Positions 26,201-35,200 of a stretch of DNA of 64,000 nt are shown piece after piece; the first letter of the stretch is position 1, and each line of letters opens with the position of its first letter. Below the pieces are notes generated by a model. The model was given only the letters and a program-made list of their open reading frames with translations, searched no databases and was not told the origin of the DNA. The stretch lies in the NCBI GenBank assembly GCA_964435785.1, contig CAYTAH010000002.1, forward strand, positions 11,438-75,437, given 5' to 3'. The stretch is from an uncultured Phycisphaeraceae bacterium (lineage in GTDB: Bacteria > Planctomycetota > Phycisphaerae > Phycisphaerales > UBA1924). The position numbers were made by a program, and so were the translations under genes.

Positions 26201-28693
26201 CATGTCCAGGCGCAGGTTCAGATCCTTGACCGCCCGGGCGTCGGACACGAAGAGCCCCACGCTCTGGGTGCCCTGCGTGCCCACCGCCGGCACGGGGATC
26301 GGCTCGCTGAAGTCGCTCGCGACCGTCAGGCGGTCGTCGGCGATCCGCTGGTACCCCAGGCGCAGGTTGTACACGCCCGTGGACTGGGTGCGCCCGCTCC
26401 CCGCGACCGCGGGGTCGTAATCGGAGTTCGGGAAGCCCGAGACGCCGACGTAGTACGTCCCGCCCGTGGTCACGAAGTAGTCGAGGAACGAGTCGCGCCC
26501 GTAGAACTGGTCGTTGGCCGCCAGCTCGACGCCGTTGGCGTCGAACAGGCGCAGGTACGAGTCCAGGTCCGAGGGGATGTCCAGATTGGCCGCGATGACC
26601 TCCGCCGTGATCAGCCCGCCGCGGGGCAGCGTGATCTTGTAGAGGTCCACGTCCAGCCCGGCCGAGAGGCCGTCGCCGAGGGTGACGCTGCTGTAGGTCG
26701 CGTCGCCGCTCCCGCCGAAGACCACCGGTGTCGCGGAGGCCATCGTGTCGTTGGGCTCGAGGTTGCCGCCCACGCCGACCACTTCGAAGTCGTACTCGGC
26801 GTCGTCCCCGCCCGAGCTGTCGCCGTTGAGCAGGTTGCCGTCGAGGTCCTGGAACTTGGGGTCGCCCGGCGTGCCCGCGAACAGGGTGAGCTGGTAGTGC
26901 CCCAGCGGGAGCCGCTGCTGCGGCACGCCCGTCAGGTCGAGATGGATGTCCACCACGCGTGTCTCGCCGGCGCGGAGCTCCACGTCTGTCACCGGCACGA
27001 GGCCGGAGTCGTCGTCGCCCGTCCCCATGATGCCGTCGGGACCGGCGAACGTCAGCAGCGCGGCGGAGGCGTCCAGCGTGCTCCCGTCGATGTCCTTGTT
27101 GAAGGTCACGGTGATCGTGTCGATCGGCAGCCCCGTGTCCGGGTCGATGCGAGGCGTGACCGGGCCCGGGTCGAACCCGATCGCGACCGGCCCGTCGGTG
27201 CCGATGATCTGCAGGCTCCGGGCGAGGTTGATCCGGCCGCCCGCCACGACGCGCCCCTGGAGGCTCGGGAGCACGTCCGAGCCGTCGATCAGCGCCTGAC
27301 GGATCTCCGTCGCCGAGGCGTTGGGGCGGAACGACTTCAGGAGCGCCACGGCGCCCGTCACGATGGGCGCCGAGTAGGAGGTTCCGGAGCCGAAGCCGTA
27401 GGAGCTGCCGAGCACGGTCGAGTACACCAGCTGCCCCGGCGCGGCGAAGTCGACGCGCTTGGCGCCCCAGTTGCTGAAGCCGGCCAGCGTGTCGCGGTTG
27501 TCGGTCGCGGCGACGGAGATGAGGCCGGGGATGTTGTACGAGGCGGGGAACGCGGTGAAGTCGGGGTTGTCCAGATCGAAGCTGTCGTTGCCCGCCGCAG
27601 CGACGAACGCCGCGCCGGTCGCCACGAACCGGGCGATGGCGTCACGCTCCGCGTCGAAGCCCTCCGGTGCGTCCTCGTAGAACGTGTCGTTGATGCCGCG
27701 GTAGCTCGCGTTCGAGGCGACGATGTTGTGGCCGTAGTCCTCGATCATCATCGTCAGGTAGTCGTGCGAGCTGACGAGAGACTCGAGCGTGAAGAACCCG
27801 CCCGAGGAGGCCTTCACCGGGAGGATCGAGACATTCCAGGCGGTGCCGGTGATCCCGATGCCGTTGTTGCCCGCGGCGCCGATGAGGCCGGAAACGAACG
27901 TCCCGTGGCCCTCGGTGTCCTGCGCGCTGTTGTCGCCGCTCGAGAAGTCCCACCCGCTGACGTCGTCGATGAAGCCGTTGCCGTCGTCGTCGATCCCGTT
28001 GCCGGCGATCTCGCCGGGGTTCCGCCAGATGTTGGGCGCCAGGTCGGGGTGGTTGAAATCGATGCCCGAGTCGATGACGCCCACGATCACGTCGTGCGAG
28101 CCGATCGTGATGTCCCACGCCTCCAGCGCGCTCACGTCCGCCCCGATGATCCCCGACTGCCCGCCGACGGTCTGTCCCGTGTTGTCGAACTGCCACTGGT
28201 TGGCGAAGCCGGGGTCGTCCGGGAGCCGCTGCTCCTGGCTCAGCACGTTCGGCTCGAAGGCCTTCACCCAGCGGAAGGAGGCCGTCGCGTTCCGGATCGC
28301 CCAGTCGCTGGGGGAGGTCTCGAACGTGATCGACGCCCAGCGGCCGCGGCCGAGAGACTGCACCGAGGCCACCGGCTGGCCGGTCGCGCCAGCCAGCTGC
28401 CGCGCGAGGTCCTTGGCCCGATCCCACCCGTAGGCGTCGTCGAAGGTGACGACCCAGGAATTCTTCACGGCCAGCACGCCGGCGCCCTTCCAGGCCACCC
28501 GCTCCACCGCGCTCCCGGGACGCTCCTCGGCGCCGAAGGCCAGGTCGGGCGTCGCCGCCCCGCTCCAGTCCGCCGCCAGGAGCACCCGCGGCTCCAGTGT
28601 CTCGATCAGCGACACGTCGCGACCGGCCGCGCGAAACACCTGGGAAGCATCAGCGTCGACGGCCCGATCACGGACAGAACGGCTCAGCGGCAT
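23213..28693 (-). CDS. 1826-aa subtilisin-like (S8) serine protease with P-domain, PPC-type domains and a large uncharacterised C-terminal region
   Basis: Catalytic D208 'VGVIDSGID', H263 'GHGTFVSG', N369 'AAAGND' and S438 'GSGTSYSAP'. 'LRLDMDHSFVGDLEITLIAPNG' is a proprotein-convertase P-domain. 'EPNDT' and 'ESNDT' are pre-peptidase C-terminal domains. Confidence 0.9.
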   Translation of the reverse strand: MPLSRSVRDRAVDADASQVFRAAGRDVSLIETLEPRVLLAADWSGAATPDLAFGAEERPGSAVERVAWKGAGVLAVKNSWVVTFDDAYGWDRAKDLARQLAGATGQPVASVQSLGRGRWASITFETSPSDWAIRNATASFRWVKAFEPNVLSQEQRLPDDPGFANQWQFDNTGQTVGGQSGIIGADVSALEAWDITIGSHDVIVGVIDSGIDFNHPDLAPNIWRNPGEIAGNGIDDDGNGFIDDVSGWDFSSGDNSAQDTEGHGTFVSGLIGAAGNNGIGITGTAWNVSILPVKASSGGFFTLESLVSSHDYLTMMIEDYGHNIVASNASYRGINDTFYEDAPEGFDAERDAIARFVATGAAFVAAAGNDSFDLDNPDFTAFPASYNIPGLISVAATDNRDTLAGFSNWGAKRVDFAAPGQLVYSTVLGSSYGFGSGTSYSAPIVTGAVALLKSFRPNASATEIRQALIDGSDVLPSLQGRVVAGGRINLARSLQIIGTDGPVAIGFDPGPVTPRIDPDTGLPIDTITVTFNKDIDGSTLDASAALLTFAGPDGIMGTGDDDSGLVPVTDVELRAGETRVVDIHLDLTGVPQQRLPLGHYQLTLFAGTPGDPKFQDLDGNLLNGDSSGGDDAEYDFEVVGVGGNLEPNDTMASATPVVFGGSGDATYSSVTLGDGLSAGLDVDLYKITLPRGGLITAEVIAANLDIPSDLDSYLRLFDANGVELAANDQFYGRDSFLDYFVTTGGTYYVGVSGFPNSDYDPAVAGSGRTQSTGVYNLRLGYQRIADDRLTVASDFSEPIPVPAVGTQGTQSVGLFVSDARAVKDLNLRLDMDHSFVGDLEITLIAPNGTQQVIFDRHGADGDDFNNVLLDDEAAGNIADATPPYSGSLRPTNGLNKFDGISALGTWTLLIRDLSALNSGQLNSWSLDFTLENDIFGPFESNDTLPTARELDEIDGTGTATRDAEIGDGGFGMLDRDLFRFTVDAGATLNASAASTGGSLDTALRLFDAEGNELKAASPDGTRNATLTGFVFPAGGVYYIGVSEGANTDYDPFDVTSGDPAETTGSYRLTVTVSPGISDGATILDGASIIEAGVASDGTFGADDTNGNPLGLEFDGIDFLLDSDDGDGLTSMYGLTASGYDFMNDGERGPTSLPVSLTNQSDPFNSRIGASGLFRTMKVERTITLGNSDRFMVFDVVLTNTSTQDAFNVAWLEAFDPNQGLNLDAGLSTANDVDGAAKYARSSVVTNAYPQGLTIAMGAPASDTRAMATFVDTDAVVIRDPSQILEGGVNDPDGATDDLLMALAFDVGTIAPGGSATIRYFIFFGESAAEAQAMYDEVNTGTGEGHLSGDPANPSSETLSNGETAPTLAYRYYYPAGFSSPFIYSFVPMINPHDQATRVVVIARYESGSRDDVIADFVIEPQARGGITTNTPDLYETGFGNPGGSLVRPDEPYALEIRAERPIAATFSYFDTFLLEGERAAVGESFTATTSDTWTFSSVGKGEGRFDFPVYMNTTDRTIKVTTTLLPTGGGEEIVLTQELGPYRRGGWNLSAVPELPDGTYGMVIEAQGEIVASHQAYDSGAASGTISAAGEIGLPNLGSTTGATPEGEVGLNATEEVIGVTNANESSTTVVFAFLFENGSAYRTQLEVPARGRAELDVTALPNFPRGQAYSIVYESPLPVAMSLPTLIFSDGASTMFADEAYTLWAFGAGFRPQNGYDQHVTEYLRLFNPENTPIVVEITIRFDGNFKGTNTPLGQETFRRVLDPRRVSEFDVHEFVTGDRRNQDVFYGITVKAASPIVAYLGRYDAFFPGAFGTLGVPLGETGSI

Positions 28694-28943
28694 GACATCG
28701 TCTCCCGGTACAGCGTGGACCCTGCACCATATTCCTGCATGGCAGAGTACCGCCCGGCGTCGCTGCCCGCTTGGGGCACGCCAGGCGCTGGGCTCCTGGC
28801 GTCGCGGCCGGTTCGGCCTCGCCGGGCCCGCACTTTGGGTACAGAATATCCGATCGCGCCGGGGTCGTGGTTGCGAATCTTCCCAATCCCCTCAGATTCC
28901 TCGTCGTGCGCTCGTTGAGCCGGGGTTTGCTCGGGGAGCTGGG

Positions 28944-29687
28944 CTACCGCCCCCGTGCACTCCAGAAGGACCGGAGGAGTTCGCGCTCCTCCTCGCCGCC
29001 CGTCAGGCTCAGCGAGGCCTCCACCGCCGACGGCACGATCGAGTCCGTGCCGTCCAGCCGGTTCAGCCACGCCTTGGTCGCGCGCACCGCGCCGCGCGGC
29101 TTGGCGGCCAGCTCCAAGGCCAGCCGCCGGGCCGCACCCTCGACCTCGTGCGGAGATTCCACCAGCGACGTCACCAGCCCGAGCGCGAGGGCCTCGTCGC
29201 CATCGATGAGCTCGGGATCCAGCATCCTGGACCTCGCTGCTCCGGTCCCGATCCGGGGCATGAGCGTCGGCCCGGAGACCGCCGGCGAGACGCCCAGGAG
29301 CACCACCGGATAGCCGAGCCGGGCTCCCCGGTGGGCGACGGCGAAGTCCGATGCCGCGACGAGCGCGCACCCCCCGGCGATGGCCGCCCCTTGGCAGGCG
29401 ACGACCACCGGCACGGGGCACTCCCGGATCGAACGCACCGCCCCGTCGAGCCCGCGGATCAGCAGACGCATCGCCGACCCATCGGGCGCGTCCCGGCAGG
29501 CGGAGAGATCGAAGCCGGCGCAGAACGCCTTCCCTTCGCCCCGCACCAGCACGCTCCCGCACCCGGGGCCGAGCCTCTCGACGGCCTCGCGGAGGCCGTC
29601 GAGCATCGACGGCGTGAGGGCGTTGCGCTGCGCGGGGCGGTCGAGGGTGATGATGCCGACGTCCCCGTCGGTCGAAACCCGGATCAC
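28944..29687 (-). CDS. enoyl-CoA hydratase family (methylglutaconyl-CoA hydratase candidate by context)
   Basis: 'LDRPAQRNAL', 'GEGKAFCAGFDL' and 'QGAAIAGG'. The GTG start at 29687 overlaps the HMG-CoA lyase stop (GTGA). Confidence 0.82.
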   Translation of the reverse strand: MIRVSTDGDVGIITLDRPAQRNALTPSMLDGLREAVERLGPGCGSVLVRGEGKAFCAGFDLSACRDAPDGSAMRLLIRGLDGAVRSIRECPVPVVVACQGAAIAGGCALVAASDFAVAHRGARLGYPVVLLGVSPAVSGPTLMPRIGTGAARSRMLDPELIDGDEALALGLVTSLVESPHEVEGAARRLALELAAKPRGAVRATKAWLNRLDGTDSIVPSAVEASLSLTGGEEERELLRSFWSARGR

Positions 29688-30622
29688 GGCGTGGGCTCCG
29701 GCGAAGGGGCCTTGCCGGCCAGGCTCGAGGCCAGGGCCGACGCCCGGCCGAGCAGCCCGCGGTTCACACCGTGGCGGAGGCCGGCCCGCTCGATCACATC
29801 CAGGAGCGTCGCCGTGGGGATGTTCCCCGGGGCGCGCCGGTCGGGCGTGCCCGCGTACGGGCAGCCGCCCAGGCCCCCGGCCGCGCCGTCGAACGAGCGC
29901 ACCCCCAGCTCGAGCGCGACCCGGGCGCAGTCGGCGGCGCGTCGGTGGGTGTCGTGCAGGTGGAGGGTGATGCGCGAGGCGTTGGTCCACCCGTGCGCCT
30001 CGTCGAGATAGCCCATCGTCGTCGAGAGGACGCGCCCCACAGTCTCGGGGGTGCCCGCTCCGATCGTGTCGCCCAGGTCGATCTCCTCCGCGCCGAGGTC
30101 GACGAGCCGGCCCGCCACCGACGCTACCGCCCACGGGTCGACCTCACCCTCGAACGGGCACGCCACGATGCACGAGACATAGGCCCGCACCATGAGCCCC
30201 TCGGCGTGGGCCGCGGCGATCACGGGGCGGAACCGCGCCATTGACTCCGCGATGCTCGCGTTGGTGTTCCTCTGGCTGAAGGTCTCGCTCGCCGCGGTGA
30301 AGACGCTGACTTTGCCGATGAGCCTGCGGCCGGCACGGGCGTTGGCCGCGAGCACCGCCTCCATTCCACGCTCGTTGGGCACCAGCGCCGAATAGAGCGG
30401 GCCGGGCGGGGGGTCTTGCGCGAGGAGGTCGCACAGCTCCGAGGCGTCGCCCAGCTGCGGCACCCACCGGCGGCTGACGAAGCTCGTCACCTCGACCTCG
30501 TCCACGCCGGAGGCCGCGATCGCGCGAACGAGCGCCGCTTTGTCCGAGGTCGCGACGAGCCCCGGCTCGTTCTGGAGCCCGTCCCGGGGCGCGACGTCCG
30601 TGATGCGCACGCGGTCGCCCAT
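29684..30622 (-). CDS. hydroxymethylglutaryl-CoA lyase
   Basis: 'ITDVAPRDGLQNE', 'EVTSFVS..WVPQ', 'LHLHDTH' and 'GLGGCPYA'. Confidence 0.92.
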   Translation of the reverse strand: MGDRVRITDVAPRDGLQNEPGLVATSDKAALVRAIAASGVDEVEVTSFVSRRWVPQLGDASELCDLLAQDPPPGPLYSALVPNERGMEAVLAANARAGRRLIGKVSVFTAASETFSQRNTNASIAESMARFRPVIAAAHAEGLMVRAYVSCIVACPFEGEVDPWAVASVAGRLVDLGAEEIDLGDTIGAGTPETVGRVLSTTMGYLDEAHGWTNASRITLHLHDTHRRAADCARVALELGVRSFDGAAGGLGGCPYAGTPDRRAPGNIPTATLLDVIERAGLRHGVNRGLLGRASALASSLAGKAPSPEPTP

Positions 30623-30653
30623 GGGGGCATGGTAGCGGGAGACGGAGCCCCGC

Positions 30654-30974
30654 TCAGCCGCGGAGGATCACGACGAGCGAGCCGGCGAAGAGCAGCGAGC
30701 CGCCGATGAGCAGGCCCACCACCAGATTGCGCCGGCGGGTGTATGCGCGGACGTTCACGAAGTAGCGCCCGTCGCCGACGGGCACCAGCACGCCCGTTCT
30801 CACGCCGCTCTTGACGAGCCCCAGCGTGCGGGGGATGCCGAGGCTGTCGGGGTTGCGGGCCGTCTCCGGCGACACCGCGCCGGCGGCGAGGAATCTGCTC
30901 GCCGCGGAGCTCTTCTGGCGCGCCGTGAGGAGAAGGAAGAGGGGGTACGCGACCAGACCGATCCGGAACGGCAT
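30654..30974 (-). CDS. small two-TM membrane protein, unknown
   Basis: 'MPFRIGLVAYPLFLLLTA' and the C-terminal 'LVVGLLIGGSLLFAGSLVVIL'. Weak call. Confidence 0.4.
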   Translation of the reverse strand: MPFRIGLVAYPLFLLLTARQKSSAASRFLAAGAVSPETARNPDSLGIPRTLGLVKSGVRTGVLVPVGDGRYFVNVRAYTRRRNLVVGLLIGGSLLFAGSLVVILRG

Positions 30975-31068
30975 GTGTTGAACTCCGGCGCATCGCGCCC
31001 ACGGCGGCGGGCCGGGGCGTCGAGCGCAGGCGCCAGCGGGCATAGTTCGGGCTTCGCCGGCCCGGCTT

Positions 31069-32838
31069 TCAGGACTGCCCCGCCGCGAGATGGTCGCGCG
31101 CGACCTCCAGGGCGTGCCTGGTGTCGCCGCAGAGGTTGTGCTCGCCGATCTTGTCGAGCAGCCCCGACTGGGTCATCGCGAAGAGGGGCTGGGCGTGCAA
31201 CCCGGCCAGCAGCAGGCGCGTGCCCGAGCGCGCGCACTTGTCGTGGAACTCCTCCAGCGCGTGCATCCCCGTCGCGTCGATCGCGGGGACGTTCTTGAGG
31301 CGAAGGACGAAGACCTTCGGCGGACGTTCGAACTGGGCGAGCGTGTCCTTGAGCCGGTCGGCGACGCCGAAGAAGAAGGGCCCGTTGATCTCGTACATCT
31401 CGACGGCGGGCGGCACCGCCCGGTGCTTCTCCTCCTCGGCCTGAAGGCCGGCGCGCTCCGCCTCGTCCTTTCCGTTCGCGAGCTCGTCGCGGAGCGTGCC
31501 GATCGCCGAGACCTCCGACATCCGCTTCATGAAGAGCATCGAGGCGAGGACCATGCCGACGGCCACCGCCACCGTCAGATCGGTCAGCACCGTGAGCCCG
31601 AAGGTGGTCAGCAGCACGACGATGTCGCTCTTGGGCGCCCGCAGGATGGCGCGGAAGTGACCGATCTCCGAGATGTTCCACGCGACCAGGATCAGCACCG
31701 CCGCGAGCGATGCCAGCGGGATCAGCTTCGCCAGATCCGCCGCGAGCAGCATGAACACGAGGATGAAGGCGGCGTGGAGCACCCCGGCGATGGGCGTCGA
31801 GCCGCCGCTCTTGATGTTCGCCACGGTGCGCGCGATGGCGCCGGTCGCGGGGATCCCGAAGAAGAGGGCCGAGCCGATGTTCGCCACCCCCTGGGCCGCC
31901 AGCTCGCAGTCCGACTTGTGGCGGTAGCCCGTCATGCCGTCGGCGACGACCGCCGAGAGGAGCGATTCGATCGCCGCCAGCACCGCGATCGTCGTCGCGG
32001 CCGGGAACAGCTCGCGGATCAGCTCCCAGCTCAGCGAGGGCAGGCGGGGCGCCGGAAGGGAGTGGGGGATGCCCCCGAAGCGCGACCCGATGGTCTCGAC
32101 CGGCCCGCCGGCCGCAGCGTCCCAGCCCAGCGCCGCCACCGCCGCGGCGCTCAGGCCCACGGCCACGATCGCCCCGGGCACCCTGGGCACGACACGGCGC
32201 ATCGCGACCAGCAGGGCCAGCGATCCGGCGCCGATGACGACCGTCTGCCAGCTCGTGCTCTCGGCGTGCTGCGCGAGCATCTGGAGCTTGGGCACGAACT
32301 CGGCGGGCACCGACAGCCGCTCCCCGCCATCGCCGACGAGACGGAGCCCGAGGAAGTCCTTCAGCTGGCTGGCGACGATCGTGACCGCGATCCCCGCGGT
32401 GAACCCGGTCGTCACCGGGTAGGGGATGAACTTGATCACCGCGCCCAGCCGGAACACGCCCATGAGGATCAGGATGACGCCGGCCATCAGCGTCGCCAGC
32501 GCCAGGCCGGCGTACCCGTGCTCGAACGCGATCGAGAAGACGATCGGGACGAACGCCGCGGTGGGCCCGCCGATCTGCACGCGCGAGCCGCCGAGGAACG
32601 AGATCAGCGCCCCCGCGATGATCGCCGTGTAGAGCCCCATGGCCGGGGGGCTCAGCCACGGGTGCTCACCCTGCAGCGAGCCCGCCACCGACGCGGGGAT
32701 GGAGGCGATGCCCAGCGCCATCGCCAGCGGCAGGGCGATCACCGCGACCGTCAGACCGGCGCCCAGGTCCCCGAGAAACCGGCGTCTCGAGTAGCCCTCA
32801 CGCAAACAGACGACCAGCTTCGGAACGAAGCGAGGCAT
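31069..32838 (-). CDS. SulP family anion permease with C-terminal STAS domain
   Basis: 'DLGAGLTVAVIALPLAMALG.ASI' is the SulP signature. STAS region 'VFVLRLKNVPAIDATGMHAL'. Confidence 0.9.
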   Translation of the reverse strand: MPRFVPKLVVCLREGYSRRRFLGDLGAGLTVAVIALPLAMALGIASIPASVAGSLQGEHPWLSPPAMGLYTAIIAGALISFLGGSRVQIGGPTAAFVPIVFSIAFEHGYAGLALATLMAGVILILMGVFRLGAVIKFIPYPVTTGFTAGIAVTIVASQLKDFLGLRLVGDGGERLSVPAEFVPKLQMLAQHAESTSWQTVVIGAGSLALLVAMRRVVPRVPGAIVAVGLSAAAVAALGWDAAAGGPVETIGSRFGGIPHSLPAPRLPSLSWELIRELFPAATTIAVLAAIESLLSAVVADGMTGYRHKSDCELAAQGVANIGSALFFGIPATGAIARTVANIKSGGSTPIAGVLHAAFILVFMLLAADLAKLIPLASLAAVLILVAWNISEIGHFRAILRAPKSDIVVLLTTFGLTVLTDLTVAVAVGMVLASMLFMKRMSEVSAIGTLRDELANGKDEAERAGLQAEEEKHRAVPPAVEMYEINGPFFFGVADRLKDTLAQFERPPKVFVLRLKNVPAIDATGMHALEEFHDKCARSGTRLLLAGLHAQPLFAMTQSGLLDKIGEHNLCGDTRHALEVARDHLAAGQS

Positions 32839-32912
32839 CGGCGACATCTCCCGCGGGTGAGGCCCGAACGATACGCACAGGTCCACAAATGTCTACGGCG
32901 CGTCTGGGGTGC

Positions 32913-32948
32913 AATCAGCAAGCAGCCCGGCCGCGAGGGCCGGGCTGC
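32913..32948 (-). terminator. rho-independent terminator after the Trp/Asn-rich gene
   Basis: On the minus strand: GCAGCCCGGCC-CTCGC-GGCCGGGCTGC (11-bp perfect stem) followed by TTGCTGATT. Confidence 0.6.
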
Positions 32949-32982
32949 CGAGGAGTCACCATGCAGTCGTGCTATCCCGGGC

Positions 32983-33771
32983 TCAGGCGGCCTCGCGCCC
33001 CGTGCAGCCCGCCGTGGCGGGCACGCAGTTGCCGAAGGGGGTCGGGAAGCCGTTGGCGGTATACCCGAACGTCGTGCCCGTGTTGCTCACCGGCACGGTG
33101 TTGGCGGGCGTGTAGTTGGCGGTCGCGGGGTTCCACGGCGTGTTCCACACGGGGGTGGTGTTCCAGGAGGAGTTGATCGGCGCAAAGCCGCTGGTGTTGA
33201 CGGGATAGCCGGCGTTGGTCGGGAAGAACTGGCCGAACCCCGTGGGGGTGAGCCAGGGGTTGGTCGCGAAGGGGCTGTACGTCGGGACGGAGTTGGTCGC
33301 GATCGGAAGCCCGTAGGTGTTCCCGATCGAGGGGTAGCCGGCGCCGTTCCACTGCCCGACCGGCGTCCCCCAGCTGGTGCCGTGCTGCGGGAAGAAGGCG
33401 CCGGCATTCCACCCGACCACGCTGTTCCACGGGGTGGTATTCCAGGAATTGGTGTTCCAGGGGTTGGTGTTCCAGTGGGCGGCGGGGCTCCACCAGCCGC
33501 TGCCGTTAAAGATCGAGGGAACATTCCAGCCGAAGTTGCCGGTGGGCACGTTCCATCCCTGATTGAAGCCGACGCCCGGGACGAAGCTCTGGCCGGTCGT
33601 GTTGCCGAACCACCAGCCGTTGGGGCCGTAGCCGTAGCCGCCGACCGGCGTGCCGTTCCACGGGTTGAAGAAGGAGACAGGGTGCCCGAACCAGGGGCTC
33701 TGGTACGCGTTCCAGGAGGGGAAGCCGCCTGTGGGGATGGTGCTGGTGGGCGTGCAGAAGCTCGTGTTCAT
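32983..33771 (-). CDS. 262-aa charge-free Trp/Asn/Gly/Pro/Thr-rich low-complexity protein, unknown family
   Basis: ATG at 33771 with an AAGGA RBS about 8 nt upstream. Strong GC3 bias in this frame (AAC, TGG, GGC, CCC, ACC, TTC codons). It has its own terminator. The upstream 312 codons of ORF 32983..34707 are non-coding-looking. Confidence 0.6.
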   Translation of the reverse strand: MNTSFCTPTSTIPTGGFPSWNAYQSPWFGHPVSFFNPWNGTPVGGYGYGPNGWWFGNTTGQSFVPGVGFNQGWNVPTGNFGWNVPSIFNGSGWWSPAAHWNTNPWNTNSWNTTPWNSVVGWNAGAFFPQHGTSWGTPVGQWNGAGYPSIGNTYGLPIATNSVPTYSPFATNPWLTPTGFGQFFPTNAGYPVNTSGFAPINSSWNTTPVWNTPWNPATANYTPANTVPVSNTGTTFGYTANGFPTPFGNCVPATAGCTGREAA

Positions 33772-34276
33772 CCGGGTGTCCTTTCTCGAAAGGTGTCGCT
33801 GACCGACCGTGGTCGCGCGCCCCCACGGGCGCGTGCTGCGCTGGGAGGCCCGCCGGTGCGCCGGCGGGCCGGAAGCTTGGTTATCGGCGGCCCGTCGAGG
33901 CGGACTTGCGAACGACCTGGTCGTGCGCTGGTCCCGCCGGGCGGCGCCGGTCCGGCAAAATCTGCATCGGCGCGGGCGCGGGCCGGTATGAGTCAAGGTG
34001 TGCGGATTGTGCGGGAATGCGGCGAGTGAGAACCGGGCGGGTGCATCCCGAGCGTCCCGCGCCCGTAGAACGTGGCGAGCGCCGTGGGGGACCGGGGCGT
34101 CGGCCGGTGACCGGGACATGCCGCCCAGATGCCGAACGGGCTCCGGTCGGGGCGGCCCACGATGGAACTTCCCGCGTCCGAAGGCGTCGGGTAAAGTAGC
34201 GAGAGAGGAGTGGTTGGAGCGCTCATCGGCCTCGGTCCGATGAGACGAGCCGGGGTATGACCCCGGGAGGCCTCTG

Positions 34277-35200
34277 ATGAAGGTCCGGACGTATGTTGTC
34301 GGCGCCGCCGCTCTCGCGGCATTGGGCTGCACGCTCTCGACGCCGGTCCTGGCGCAGGAGACCGTGTACAACGCGGCCGTCGCCCCCTCGCCCACGCAGC
34401 TCAAGCGCGAGACGCTCACCCGCATGATGCGCCAGGTCCCCGACGTGAGCTTCAAGGACCACCGGCTCGAGGACGTGGTCCGGTTCATCTCCGACATCAC
34501 GGGCGCCTCTCTCGAGCCGCTCTGGATCGACGATCGCACGGTGGACGGGCTGGACCGCGACACGCTGGTCACGCTCGAGGTCAAGCGAGTCTCGGCGCTC
34601 AAGCTTCTCGAGATGGTCTTGGAGAAGTCCGAGGGGGACACCACGGCGTACACCGGCGGCAACGGCTGGCAGATGACCGACTGGGGCACCATGGAGATCG
34701 GGCCCAAGTCCGTCCTGGCGAGGAACTCGCGCCTCGAGGTCTATCCGATCAACGATCTGCTCTGGGAGATCCCCAACTTCGATGAGGCGCCCGAGATCGA
34801 CCTCCAGAGCGTGCTCCAGAGCTCGCAGGGCGGCGGCGGGCAGAGCCCGTTCACCAATACCCAGGTCCAGGACATCGAGCGGCGGACCATCGAGGAGCGC
34901 GCCGAGGACATCATCGATATCGTCGAGGCGCTCGTCGAGCCCGAGCAGTGGCTCTCCGGCGGAGGGAACGCCTCCATCCGCTACTTCCAGGGCAACCTGC
35001 TCGTCAAGGCGCCCGACTTCGTGCACCGCCAGCTCGGTGGCTACCCCTGGTGGCCCAGCGCCCAGACCAACGTCAGCGTCGTCAACGGGCGCCGGTACGT
35101 CAGCATCGGCGTGGACACCGGCATATCGACGGTGGACGATGTCGTCAACCAGCCGGTGACGGGCGTCGTGGGCGGCGGGCCTCCCGGTGGCGGCGGGTGA
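34277..35200 (+). CDS. secreted protein with secretin-N/STN-like domain and Gly-rich linker
   Basis: Signal peptide 'MKVRTYVVGAAALAALGCTLSTPVLAQ'. 'VSFKDHRLEDVVRFISDITGASL' resembles the N0/STN domain of the secretin at 59080. 'LEVYPINDLLWEIPNFDEAPE...GGGG' is a layout I recall from planctomycetal hypothetical proteins. Confidence 0.7.
   Translation: MKVRTYVVGAAALAALGCTLSTPVLAQETVYNAAVAPSPTQLKRETLTRMMRQVPDVSFKDHRLEDVVRFISDITGASLEPLWIDDRTVDGLDRDTLVTLEVKRVSALKLLEMVLEKSEGDTTAYTGGNGWQMTDWGTMEIGPKSVLARNSRLEVYPINDLLWEIPNFDEAPEIDLQSVLQSSQGGGGQSPFTNTQVQDIERRTIEERAEDIIDIVEALVEPEQWLSGGGNASIRYFQGNLLVKAPDFVHRQLGGYPWWPSAQTNVSVVNGRRYVSIGVDTGISTVDDVVNQPVTGVVGGGPPGGGG

Noticed and set aside
35170-35200. Gly run 'GGGPPGGGG' at the end of the STN-like protein, considered as a slippery or frameshift site into the LuxR frame.
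   Set aside because: A simple GTGA stop/start overlap explains the junction. There is no heptameric slippery sequence or downstream pseudoknot.
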